64,000 nucleotides of DNA from an uncultured Chloroflexia bacterium (GTDB lineage Bacteria; Chloroflexota; Limnocylindria; QHBO01), in assembly GCA_963822845.1 (NCBI GenBank), contig CAWGIY010000007.1, positions 47,657 to 111,656 on the forward strand, read 5' to 3'. The translations under genes were made by a program, and so were the position numbers. Under the pieces are notes generated by a model, which saw nothing but the letters and a program-made list of their open reading frames with translations, did no database searches and was not told where the DNA came from. How positions within the stretch are numbered: position 1 is the first letter of the stretch; each line of letters opens with the position of its first letter. Below are positions 17,977-27,529 of the stretch, piece after piece.

Positions 17977-20156
17977 CCGAGATCCCCTCCGAGCTCAGCA
18001 CCGCGCGGGCCAAGGTCACCGAGCTGGAGGCCGAGGTCCGGCAGCGCAATGCCGAGCTCGCCATCGTCAACGAGGTGGCCGAGGCACTGGCCAGGCAGCT
18101 TGACTTCGACTCGATCATGGCGGCGGTCGGCGAGCGGGCCGCGCAGGCTCTCGACGCAGCCGGGCTGTCGATCGCGATGCGCGATCCAGAGACGGACCAG
18201 GTCAGGTTCCTGTACTGGCTCGACGAGGGCGTGCAGAAGCCTGAGCTCCAGGGGGTCGTCCTCGACGACGTCCTGACCGCGCGGATCATCGATTCCGGAC
18301 GGCCGATCCGGGTCGGGAGCGCTGCGGAGGCAGCCGACATCGGTGCCCCGTTCAAGGTCGAGGGGACCGAGTCGTACCTGGGCGTCCCGATCCGGACCGG
18401 CCACCAGACCATCGGCGTCATCGCGATCGGGACCAGCGAGCAGCACGCGTACGACACCGACGACGAGCGATTCCTGTCGACACTGGCGACGAACATGGGC
18501 GTGGCCCTCGACAATGCGCGGCTGCTCACCGAGCAGGCGCTCGCGAGCGCCGAGATCCGTCGCCAGAAGCAGTACTTCGAGACGCTCGTCGAGATCAGCC
18601 CCGTGGCGGTCATGACGATGGATCGCGGGGAGATCGTGTCCGGCTGGAATCCCGCCGCCACTCGGCTGCTGGGGTACAAGCCCGCCGAGGCGGTCGGCCG
18701 GCACATCGACGATCTGGTCTTCCGTCCCGAGGATCGTGACGAGGGTCGGGAGACGACGCGGCTGGCCGAGGAGTTCGGGCGAGCTCAGCTCATCGCGCAG
18801 CGGCGCCGCAAGGACGGCGAGCTGGTCGACGTCGAGATCTTCCTGGTCCCGCTCATCGTCGACGGCGTGCACACCGGCTACCAGGCCATCTACCACGACA
18901 TCACCGAGCTTCAGGCGGCGCGCCGCGTCGCCGATGCCGCGAACGAGGCGAAGAGCACATTCCTGGCCTCGGTGAGCCACGAGATCCGGACCCCGATGAA
19001 TGCGATCATCGGGATGAGCAGCCTCCTGCTCGAGACCGAGATGGACGCCGAGCAGCGCGACTTCACCGAGACGATCCAGGCGTCGGGCGAAGCACTCCTG
19101 GCGATCATCAACGACATCCTCGACTTCTCGAAGATCGAGGCGGGCCGGATCGAGCTCGAGACGATCCCGTTCGCTCTGGGTCCATGCATCGAGGCGGCGA
19201 TCGACGTCGTCACGCCATCCGCGGCCGCCAAGCAGCTCGAGCTGGCCTACGCGATCGATCGGAACCTGCCCGTCGCCCTCGTCGGCGACCCGGGCCGGCT
19301 GCGCCAGATCGTCCTCAATCTCCTCTCGAACGCGATCAGGTTCACGGAGTCGGGCGAGGTCAGCGTGTCCGTCACCGGCCGGCGGTTGGGAGCCGCACGC
19401 GGCGATGCCGCGGAGGCGGCACGGTGGGAGATCGCCGTCGCCGTCGCCGACACGGGCATGGGGATCCCGCCGGATCGGATGGATCGCCTCTTCCAGTCGT
19501 TCAGCCAGGCCGATGCCTCGATCTCGCGGCGCTATGGCGGGACGGGGCTGGGCCTGGCGATCAGCAAGCGGTTGGCCGAGCTGCAGGGCGGCTCGATCAC
19601 GGCGGAGAGCAGCGGCGTTCCGGGCGACGGAAGCCGCTTCGTCGTGAAGATCGTCGCCCCGGAGGCACCCGCCGGTGACGCTGCCGCCGTGACGCCGCGT
19701 CCCCGTGTGGAGACCGGCACGTCCGGTTCGGTCGCATCGACCGTCCCGCTGGCAGAACGCCACCCCCTGCGGATCCTCCTGGCCGAGGACAACGCGATGA
19801 ACCGGAAGCTCGCCGTGCGGCTCCTCGAGCGGATGGGGTACGCCCCGGAGGTGGCCGGAGACGGGCTGGAGACGATCGCCGCGCTGGAGGCAGAGACCTT
19901 CGACCTGGTGCTCATGGACGTCCAGATGCCGGAGCTCGACGGGCTCGAGGCCACGCGCCGGATCCGTCAGCGCTGGCCCGGCGCGGCGGGGCCACGAATC
20001 GTTGCGATGACGGCCACCGCGATGGCCGGCGACCGCGAGCTGTGCCTGGCGGCCGGCATGGACGACTACATCAGCAAGCCGATCCGCGTCGCGGAGCTCA
20101 CCGCTGCCCTGGAAGCCACGGTAGCGCGGCGTGCGCAGGATGGTGCCGATGCCTGA
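17973..20156 (+). CDS. Cytoplasmic hybrid sensor kinase GAF-PAS-HisKA-HATPase-REC
   Basis: SHEIRTPMNAIIG, DFSKIEAG, NLLSNAIRFT, GGTGLGLAIS, LMDVQMPELDG. Confidence 0.93.
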   Translation: MTEIPSELSTARAKVTELEAEVRQRNAELAIVNEVAEALARQLDFDSIMAAVGERAAQALDAAGLSIAMRDPETDQVRFLYWLDEGVQKPELQGVVLDDVLTARIIDSGRPIRVGSAAEAADIGAPFKVEGTESYLGVPIRTGHQTIGVIAIGTSEQHAYDTDDERFLSTLATNMGVALDNARLLTEQALASAEIRRQKQYFETLVEISPVAVMTMDRGEIVSGWNPAATRLLGYKPAEAVGRHIDDLVFRPEDRDEGRETTRLAEEFGRAQLIAQRRRKDGELVDVEIFLVPLIVDGVHTGYQAIYHDITELQAARRVADAANEAKSTFLASVSHEIRTPMNAIIGMSSLLLETEMDAEQRDFTETIQASGEALLAIINDILDFSKIEAGRIELETIPFALGPCIEAAIDVVTPSAAAKQLELAYAIDRNLPVALVGDPGRLRQIVLNLLSNAIRFTESGEVSVSVTGRRLGAARGDAAEAARWEIAVAVADTGMGIPPDRMDRLFQSFSQADASISRRYGGTGLGLAISKRLAELQGGSITAESSGVPGDGSRFVVKIVAPEAPAGDAAAVTPRPRVETGTSGSVASTVPLAERHPLRILLAEDNAMNRKLAVRLLERMGYAPEVAGDGLETIAALEAETFDLVLMDVQMPELDGLEATRRIRQRWPGAAGPRIVAMTATAMAGDRELCLAAGMDDYISKPIRVAELTAALEATVARRAQDGADA

Positions 20157-20514
20157 GACGATCGACCAGGTGGCGGTGGCGAGGCTGCTCGCGATGGTCG
20201 GGAATGATCCCGATTTCGTCGACGAGCTCGTCGACGATTACCTGGCGGAGGCTCCCCAGCTGGCGGCGGCGGTCCGTGCCGCGTTGGACGCCGGCGACGC
20301 CGATGGGATCGTCCTGCCCGCCCACACGCTCAAGGGGACCTCCGCCAACCTCGGCGGCGTGCGCGTCGCCGGCATCGCCCAGCGGATCGAGGAGCGTGGA
20401 CGGGCAGGGGACCTCGAGGGGGTGGATGCGATGCTCGCGGACCTCGAGGTCGCGCTCATCGAGCTGACGGCCGCGTTCGAGCGGGCGCGAGCTGTCCGGT
20501 GGGCGAGCGCTTGA
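20149..20514 (+). CDS. Hpt domain protein
   Basis: AHTLKGTSANLGG Hpt signature. Confidence 0.9.
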   Translation: MPETIDQVAVARLLAMVGNDPDFVDELVDDYLAEAPQLAAAVRAALDAGDADGIVLPAHTLKGTSANLGGVRVAGIAQRIEERGRAGDLEGVDAMLADLEVALIELTAAFERARAVRWASA

Positions 20515-21290
20515 CTTCGCCCGGAGCGGAATCCGGGCGTGTCCTCGTCGTCGAGGACGGGGCGGTCAACCGCAAGGCGCTCACGCGCGCCCTCGAGGTC
20601 CGCGGCCACCAGGTGCACGCGGTGCTCGACGGCGTCGAGGCGATGGAGGTGCTGCGACAGCGCCCATTCGACCTCGTCCTGCTCGACATCCGGATGCCGC
20701 GCAAGGACGGCTTCGAGACCCTGGCCGAGATCAAGGCCGATCCTCTCCTTCGAGAGCTCCCGGTGATCGTGATCTCCGGGGTCGAGGACACGCCGAGCAT
20801 CGTTCGCTGCATCGAGATGGGCGCGCTCGACCACCTTCCGAAGCCGTTCGAGCCGGCCCTCCTCGACGCCCGCATCGCCGCCGCACTGTCGGCCAAGCGG
20901 CTCCGCGACTTGGAGCTCGAATACCTCGACCAGGTCGGGCGCGTCACGAAGGCGGCCGAGACGCTCGAGGCCGATGCGTTCGACGCCGAGAGCCTCGAGC
21001 CCGTGACCGAACGCACCGACGCGCTCGGCGTCCTGGCCCGAACGTTCGTCAGGATGGCGGGCGAGGTTCGGGCTCGAGAAGAGGCGCTCCGCCGTGAGGT
21101 CCGCGAGCTGACGATCGAGATCGACCAGGCGCGCCAGGCCCGTAAGGTCGCCGAGATCACCGACAGTGACTACTTCCGCTCGCTCCGGGGGCGGGCAGCA
21201 GAGCTTCGGCAGGCAGCCCATGGGGGAACCGGCGTCACGCCGGAACCAGGTTCATCGCGGGAGACCACTTCCGATCCTCACGCCGACTGA
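20499..21290 (+). CDS. Response regulator: REC, HAMP-like helix and C-terminal coiled-coil tail
   Basis: LLDIRMP, KPFEP, TDALGVLARTFVRM (HAMP AS2-like), EIDQARQARKVAEITDSDYFRSL tail. Confidence 0.85.
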   Translation: MGERLTSPGAESGRVLVVEDGAVNRKALTRALEVRGHQVHAVLDGVEAMEVLRQRPFDLVLLDIRMPRKDGFETLAEIKADPLLRELPVIVISGVEDTPSIVRCIEMGALDHLPKPFEPALLDARIAAALSAKRLRDLELEYLDQVGRVTKAAETLEADAFDAESLEPVTERTDALGVLARTFVRMAGEVRAREEALRREVRELTIEIDQARQARKVAEITDSDYFRSLRGRAAELRQAAHGGTGVTPEPGSSRETTSDPHAD

Positions 21291-21302
21291 GGGACGACAG
21301 CA

Positions 21303-23555
21303 TTGGCATCGGATGAGTCTGCGTTGTTCTCCCGCGAGGAGCTGGTGGGCGGCCCATCGGCGCGGCGTTCGACCCTGCTCCTGTTCGCGATCGAGAATCG
21401 GACGGCACACCTGCTGGTCCGAGAACCTCAGGCGGTCCCGATCGTCCTCAGCGAGCGCGCGGCCACCGAGCGCGAACGAGCGTTCCTCGATGCGCTGGCC
21501 CAGGGGCGTGACCTGCCCGTCCACCCCACCATCCAGGATCTCGAGCGGTACGCCCCGGAGTGGGCCGATCTGGTGCCGGAGGATCCGGGCACGCGGGCCG
21601 GGGTCGCGCACCTGCTGGGCACGAAGTACGCCTTCACCGATCACGCCGTGCCGCGGCTGCGATCTGCCCTGGGCTTCGACGTGGAGGCAGTCGAGCAGGC
21701 ATACCAACGCCTGTACGGAACCCCGCTGCCGACGATCTATGCGCCGCGCGCGCGACCTGCCGACCGGCTGCGCTGGGCTGCGTCCAGGCTGGCCGGCCAG
21801 CTCGACGCCCTGCCGACCTTCTGGCTTGCGTTCGTCATCACGTTGATCATCGGTGCCGTCAACCTGGCCCTGCCGATCGCCGTGGCCGGCGTCGGCGCCC
21901 TGCCGGGAATCGCCCTGATCGTCGTGCTCGGGATCATCAACGTCGTGACGGTCGCCGCGATGGTCGAGGTCGTCACCCGCAGCGGGAGCATCCGCTACGG
22001 CAACGCCTTCATCGGCACGGTCGTGGCGGACTATCTCGGCGGCGCCAGCTCGGCGATTCTCACGCTGGTGCTGACCGCGTTCTCGTTCGGCATCCTGCTG
22101 ATCTTCTACATCGGGATCTCGACGACCCTGGCCGATGCGACGGCGCTGCCCGCCACCGCCTGGATGGTCGTGCTGTTCCTGGTCGGGCTCTACTTCCTGA
22201 CGCGCGGCTCGCTGAACGCGACCGTCGCCTCGACGATCGTCATCACCACGATCAACGTCGGGCTGCTGCTGGCCCTCTCGGCGTTCGCCTTCTCCCAGCT
22301 TCAGGTCGAGAACCTCACGTACGTCAACCTGCCGTGGAGCCCCGGCGGCTCGTTCGACCCGCTCCTGCTGGGGGCGCTCGTCGGGGTCGTCCTCGACATC
22401 TATGCGGCGCACATCCTGGTCGCCATCTTCGGCAAGATGCTGCACGAGCGCGAACCCAGCGGGCGGTCCGTCGTCCGAGGCCACGCGGCCGGCATCGGTT
22501 TCGCGATGGTGCTCAATGTCGTCTGGGTGCTGGCCGTCAGCGGCGCCATCGCGCCCGAGGTGCTTGCCGAGCAGACGAGCACGGTCCTGGTGCCCCTGGC
22601 TGCCGAGCTCGGCCCGCACGTTCGCGTGCTGGGGGCGATCTTCGTCATCCTCAGCATGGGGCTGGGCCTCATCCAGTTCTCGCTGGCGCTCTTCAGCCTG
22701 GCCCGCGAGCGCATCGGTGAGCGCTTCTCGTGGGGAGGGTCGCGTGGCCGGTTCGCGCTCTCGCTGATGCCGGTGATCGGTGTGCTGCTAGTCGCCGAGT
22801 GGATGGTGCTCACCGGCACGGGATCGTTTGCCGGGCTCCTCGGCTTCCTGGGCGTGATGGTCCACTCGCTGATGAGCGGAATCTTCCCGATGCTGCTGTT
22901 GGTGGCCAGCCGGCGGAAGGGCGAGCTGGTACCGGGCTTCAGCTACCGCGCCCTCGGCCATCCGCTGGTGGTTGGAGGCGTCTACCTGCTGTTCCTCTCG
23001 AACCTCTTCCTCCACGGCCTGGTGATCTGGGACCACGCGGTGCTGCGCATCGGGGGCGTGGCGATCGGCCTCGTGATGCTGGTGGTGACAGTCGGGATGA
23101 TCCGACGCGGTGCCTTCGCGCCGCGAGTCGTGGTCGAGCTGCGGGAGGATCAGCGTCGCGGCGAACGATCACGCGTCACGATCACCGCCGGTGGCGAGCC
23201 GGCAGCTGGCGAGGTTCGGCTGACCGACGCCGAGGGCGAGCGACTGCTTCAGGGGTCGACCGGCGAGCTGCCGGAGCTCGGAACGCTGCGGTCGGTCGGG
23301 GTGTCGTTTCCGGCCGGACGAGCCAGGGAGCTGAAGGTCTGGGCGCACACGATCTCGCCCGACGGAATCTCCGAACGCCTGCCGGTGACCGTGACCGTTC
23401 ACGATGGCGACGAGCGCCGCGACGTCGACCTGGGCCGGTCGGGCGGGCAGATGGTGCTGCGCCTCAAGCATGAGGCGTGTCGGCTGGAGTTCGCGCTCGC
23501 GGCCCCATCCGAGGCGAGCGTGAAGGCTCCTCAGCTGGATGGGACGATCGCGTAG
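21303..23555 (+). CDS. Amino-acid permease-like (APC / Trp-Tyr type) protein with extra soluble N- and C-terminal domains
   Basis: About 170 aa soluble N-terminus, about 11-12 TM core (IIGAVNLALPIAVAGVG), about 150 aa beta-rich C-terminus. Confidence 0.7.
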   Translation: MASDESALFSREELVGGPSARRSTLLLFAIENRTAHLLVREPQAVPIVLSERAATERERAFLDALAQGRDLPVHPTIQDLERYAPEWADLVPEDPGTRAGVAHLLGTKYAFTDHAVPRLRSALGFDVEAVEQAYQRLYGTPLPTIYAPRARPADRLRWAASRLAGQLDALPTFWLAFVITLIIGAVNLALPIAVAGVGALPGIALIVVLGIINVVTVAAMVEVVTRSGSIRYGNAFIGTVVADYLGGASSAILTLVLTAFSFGILLIFYIGISTTLADATALPATAWMVVLFLVGLYFLTRGSLNATVASTIVITTINVGLLLALSAFAFSQLQVENLTYVNLPWSPGGSFDPLLLGALVGVVLDIYAAHILVAIFGKMLHEREPSGRSVVRGHAAGIGFAMVLNVVWVLAVSGAIAPEVLAEQTSTVLVPLAAELGPHVRVLGAIFVILSMGLGLIQFSLALFSLARERIGERFSWGGSRGRFALSLMPVIGVLLVAEWMVLTGTGSFAGLLGFLGVMVHSLMSGIFPMLLLVASRRKGELVPGFSYRALGHPLVVGGVYLLFLSNLFLHGLVIWDHAVLRIGGVAIGLVMLVVTVGMIRRGAFAPRVVVELREDQRRGERSRVTITAGGEPAAGEVRLTDAEGERLLQGSTGELPELGTLRSVGVSFPAGRARELKVWAHTISPDGISERLPVTVTVHDGDERRDVDLGRSGGQMVLRLKHEACRLEFALAAPSEASVKAPQLDGTIA

Positions 23556-23588
23556 TGGGCCGTGCCAACACCCCTGAAATGCTCGACC

Positions 23589-23745
23589 GCTCCCGCCCGG
23601 CGGGCGTATCGGCCGATGACTGACCGAATTCCCACCCCACGGGAGGGATGGCGACCCGTGTCGGCTGGTTCGACGTCCAGGCCTCCCGCTGCACGGGATT
23701 CCGGCTAGTGAGTGTCCGTTACTCCCGCCACACGGGAATCGCCTG
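23589..23745. repeat. REP/REPIN-like composite palindromic element, copy 1
   Basis: Four CCCG-N4/5-CGGG-type palindromic units. Homologous in inverted orientation to 54667-54823. Confidence 0.8.
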
Positions 23746-23908
23746 GTGAGCGCAAGAGAGTCGGAGCCTGGCGGCCCCGGCTCTCCTTGGGTTGCTCCGA
23801 AGTTCGGCTAGTCGATGATGATCGGGAGTGCCTCACGCTCATTCGGCGCTACGCCACACTTGACCTTGCTCGCTCGGCGGACAATCGCCCGACCGACCTT
23901 CGTCCGCC

Positions 23909-25271
23909 TCATGCGATCCGCTCCGCCGCGGGCACGATGTTCTGGTTGAGGTGGAAGACGTTGTCGGGGTCCCACCGGCCCTTCAGCTCGGACAGCCGGC
24001 GGAGCTTGGCGTCGCCGTAGGCGCGCAGGACGCCGGCCTCGTCATCGTCAGCCAGCACGTTGACGTAGACCCCGCTGGCGAACGGCTCCATCGCGTCGCC
24101 GAAGGCGCGGGCAGATTCCATCCGCTCGGCGTCCTCGGCGGGATCGGTCCAGCCGTGGCCGCCGAAGAACTCGACCAGGGTGTCGCGGTGGCTGAATGCG
24201 GAGTCCTCGGCCGACACGTCGCCGATTGCGCCGCCGTAGGCCTGAAAGCCGCCCCCGGCGACCCGTGACCAGTCGACACCGTTCGTCGCTCGTGACGCCG
24301 CGCGAGATGAAGGCCTCGATGGCCGCATCGGTCAGCTCGCGCAGGTAGTGGCCGTTGGCGTAGCGGCGCTTGCCGTGATGGTGGTTTGCGTCGCCGATGC
24401 TCTGGAGCTCGAGGTAGCTCATCTCCGCCACGCTCTCGTCTGCCGCCTGACCGATGCCGCGCATCGTCGACAGGTAGGCGCGGCCCTCTTCGGGATCGCC
24501 GACCCAGACATGGCCGATGGAGACCACCGGTCGTCCGTTCACGGTGATCGCGTCCGCGGTGAGCGTGGCTGCGCGGGGAGCGTCGGGGAGCAGGTCGCGC
24601 CAGCGACGCATCGGCTCGAGAGCTTCGTCAGCGGGGAAGGTGAGCTCGACGACGGTGGCGCGGCCGGCGACCGGGTGCAGGCGGAACGTGAACTCGGTCA
24701 CGACCCCGAAGTTGCCGCCGCCGCCGCGCAGGCCCCAGTGCAGGTCAGGATTCTCGTCCGCGGTGGCTCTGACGACCTCGCCGTCGGCCGTGACGAGCGT
24801 GTACGCCTCGACGTTGTCGCAGGCGAGGCCCGCCTGGCGCGCGAGCCATCCCATGCCGCCGCCGAGCGTCAGGCCGCCGACGCCGGTGTGCGAGACGTTG
24901 CCGGCGGTCGTCGCCAGCCCGTGCGCCTGCGAGGCGCGATCGAGGAACCGCAGCAGCGCGCCGCCCTGGACCCGGGCGCGACGTGCATCGGGATCGACCG
25001 TCACCGCCGACATCGGCGTCAGGTCGATCATCAGCCCGCCGTCCGGCACCGAGTGGCCGACGACGCTGTGCCCGCCGCACTTCACGCCGACCTCGAGCCC
25101 CGCCGCGCGGGCGTGGCGGATGGCGGCCGAGACGTCCGCGGCGCTCTCGCAGCGGGCAACGAGCGCCGGCCGGTGGTCGACCATCGCGTTCCAGACCTCG
25201 CGATGCGCGTCGTAGTCGTCGTCGTCCGGGCCGATGAGCGTGCCGCCGAACCCGGGAATCTCCTGTCGCAT
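23909..25271 (-). pseudogene. FAD-binding oxidoreductase (BBE-like), frameshifted near 24285
   Basis: KCGGHS, GVGGLTLGGGMGW, GLRGGGGNFGVVT. C-terminus (YVN, KGRWDPDNVFHLNQNI) lies in another frame. Could be a sequencing error. Confidence 0.8.
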
Positions 25272-25352
25272 GCGGTCCCTCGCTGCGGGTGGCTTGTCGA
25301 TGCCAATAGGATGGCCGTCTCGCCCGAAACTCATCGAGGAGGACGTCGCTGC

Positions 25353-26487
25353 GTGGCCGACCGGTATGACGCGATCGTCGTCGGCCTCGGCGGGATGGGG
25401 TCCGCATCGGCCTATCACCTGGCCAGACGTGGTCGACGCGTTCTGGGCTTGGAGCAGTTCGACCTCCTCCACGAGCTCGGCTCGTCGCACGGGCTGACCA
25501 GGATCATCCGGCTGGCCTACCACGAGCATCCGTCGTACGTGCCGCTCCTGCGGCGGGCCTACGAGCTCTGGCACGACCTCGAGGCCGATGCCGGCGAGCG
25601 GCTGCTCGTCACCACCGGCTCGCTCGAGGGCGGCCCGGAGGATGGGACCACGTTCCGCGGGGCGCTCGAGGCGGCCGAGCTCCACGACATCGAGCACGAG
25701 GTGCTCGACGCGGCCGACATGCGGCGGCGATACCCCGCGTACGCCGGCTTCGACGCGTCCACGCGGGTCGTGCTTCCAGCCCGACGGCGGCTTCCTCCTC
25801 GCCGAGCGGACGATCCTCGCCCACGTCAACGGCGCGCTCGCCGCCGGCGCCGAGCTGCGCTTCCGCGAGCCGGTGCTGCGCTGGAACGCGGTGGGGGACG
25901 GCGTGCGGGTCGAGACCGAGCGCGGGTCCTACGACGCCGATCGGCTCGTGATCACCGCGGGCGCATGGGCGCGGACGCTCGTACCCGCGCTGGATCGGCT
26001 GGCCGTGCCGGAGCGCCAGGTCCTCGCCTGGCTGCAACCGACCAGGATCGAGCTGTTCGGGGCGGATCGGTTCCCTGTCTTCCTCATCGACGTCGAGGAT
26101 GGCAGCTACTACGGCTTCCCGATCCACGACGTCCCCGGCTTCAAGTTCGGCCGCTACCACCATCTCGGGGAGCCGATGGACCCGTCGGACACCGACCGAT
26201 CGGTGCGGCCGGACGACGAGGCGGTGCTGCGCGCGTTCGCCGAGCGCTACTTCCCCGACGGCGCCGGCCCGACGGTGATGCTCAAGGGCTGCATCTTCAC
26301 GAACTCGCCGGACGAGCACTTCCTGCTCGACACGCTGCCCGACGCGCCGCAGGTGTCGCTGTTCGCCGGCGAGTCGGGGCACGGGTACAAGTTCGCGTCG
26401 GTCGTCGGGGAGATCCTCGCGGACCTTGCGACCGACGGAAGCACGCGCCACGACATCGGTCTGTTCCGGCAGGACCGATTCGACTGA
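25353..26487 (+). pseudogene. solA: N-methyl-L-tryptophan oxidase / monomeric sarcosine oxidase, frameshifted near 25773
   Basis: YDAIVVGLGGMGS, GSSHGLTRIIRLAY in one frame. FQPDGGFL, CIFTNSPDEHF, SGHGYKFASVVG in another. One extra C, possibly a sequencing error. Confidence 0.85.
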
Positions 26488-26562
26488 ACGCGGCCCGGCG
26501 CTGATGCATTCCGGGCAGCAGCGATCGCCAGCTGTGCAAGAGACCAACACAGTAGCCGGATG

Positions 26563-26595
26563 GCGGTTACCAACCGCTTACCGCCCGCTTACCGG
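26563..26595. promoter_or_regulatory. Triple 11-bp-period direct repeat (CCGCTTACC)
   Basis: gcggttaccaa ccgcttaccgc ccgcttaccgg. Same motif at 34592-34624. Confidence 0.7.
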
Positions 26596-26636
26596 AGCGC
26601 CCCAGGGAGTGCCATTCGTACGGGGTCGGGTCCGGT

Positions 26637-26668
26637 GTTGAACAAGATGTGGACAACTTGGTGGACAT
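26637..26668. promoter_or_regulatory. DnaA-box-like cluster
   Basis: TGTGGACAA (reverse of TTGTCCACA) at 26648-26656, flanked by degenerate GTTGAACAA and GGTGGACAT. Confidence 0.45.
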
Positions 26669-26790
26669 TCCCCTACCGCCATGCAGCCCGACGCGCCTAC
26701 GATCCGGCCCGGTCCTGCATCCTCAACCGAGGCGCAGTGCCACCGTCATCATCCAATCCCACCCCACAGCACAACGGAGGGTGCCATCGC

Positions 26791-27135
26791 ATGACCCAGC
26801 GGTCGTTGGCGTCTGGAGCCGCCGTCCCGCGCTCCGGAGCAGGGGAGTTGCCCACTCCTGACATCGTCGCCTTCATCCGCTACTGCCACGCCCGTCGCGG
26901 CGCGTCCTGGCCGGAGCTCTACGACGAGATGTGCGCAGTCGCCGCCCGTCGCGAGTTCAACGGCTGGGACCACGCGCAGCTTGCAGCCCGCGGAGTGACC
27001 TTCACGTTGCTCGAGATGCCCCGCCTGGCCGGCTGGGCGCGCGCCGTCCTCGCCGGCATGGCAGAGCAGCGCGAGACGGACGATCATCGCGGACCGACGA
27101 CACCACGCCTCGAGGCGCAGGCCGCGGTAGCCTGA
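26791..27135 (+). CDS. Hypothetical protein (114 aa)
   Basis: GGAGG RBS, host-like codon usage, motif FIRYCHARRGASWPELYDEMCAVA. Confidence 0.8.
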   Translation: MTQRSLASGAAVPRSGAGELPTPDIVAFIRYCHARRGASWPELYDEMCAVAARREFNGWDHAQLAARGVTFTLLEMPRLAGWARAVLAGMAEQRETDDHRGPTTPRLEAQAAVA

Positions 27136-27174
27136 GGCTCCGCCCCTGCGGGCATATCGATCCAACTCCCCGGA

Positions 27175-27210
27175 AAGCCCCGGCCCGAGCTCGGCGGGTC
27201 GGGGCTTCTT
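27175..27210. terminator. Bidirectional terminator-like hairpin between convergent genes
   Basis: AAGCCCCGGCCCG ... CGGGTCGGGGCTT. Confidence 0.65.
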
Positions 27211-27215
27211 CGTGC

Positions 27216-27515
27216 TCAGTACGTGTGGCGGCGGGCCATCTCGCGCTCGATCATGCGCTCCATGACCATGTACTTCTCGATGCGCCGGCGCAGCTCGTTG
27301 GCCTCGGGGGTGTAGAGGTGGACGTACTGCTGGAGCTCGAGGCTGAGCTTGCGGCTGAACATGCGCGCGTGGTCGAGGTTGCGACGGAGGAGGACCTGGT
27401 CCATGCGCCGCAGGTGCTCCTCGTTGAGGAGATCCTCGTCGCGGAGCAGCTCGCGATCGGCGTCGAGCTGCGTGCGCTGGAGCTGGACCGGGGTGATGAG
27501 CTCGTCGTCGGCCAT
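27216..27515 (-). CDS. Hypothetical helical protein (99 aa)
   Basis: MADDELITPVQLQ...EREMARRHTY with strong GC3 bias, directly downstream of the REC gene. Confidence 0.8.
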   Translation of the reverse strand: MADDELITPVQLQRTQLDADRELLRDEDLLNEEHLRRMDQVLLRRNLDHARMFSRKLSLELQQYVHLYTPEANELRRRIEKYMVMERMIEREMARRHTY

Positions 27516-27529
27516 CGGCGAGGCCAAGT

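Noticed and set aside
26637-26668. Replication origin
   Set aside because: One perfect DnaA box only, no AT-rich unwinding region and no dnaA/dnaN nearby.
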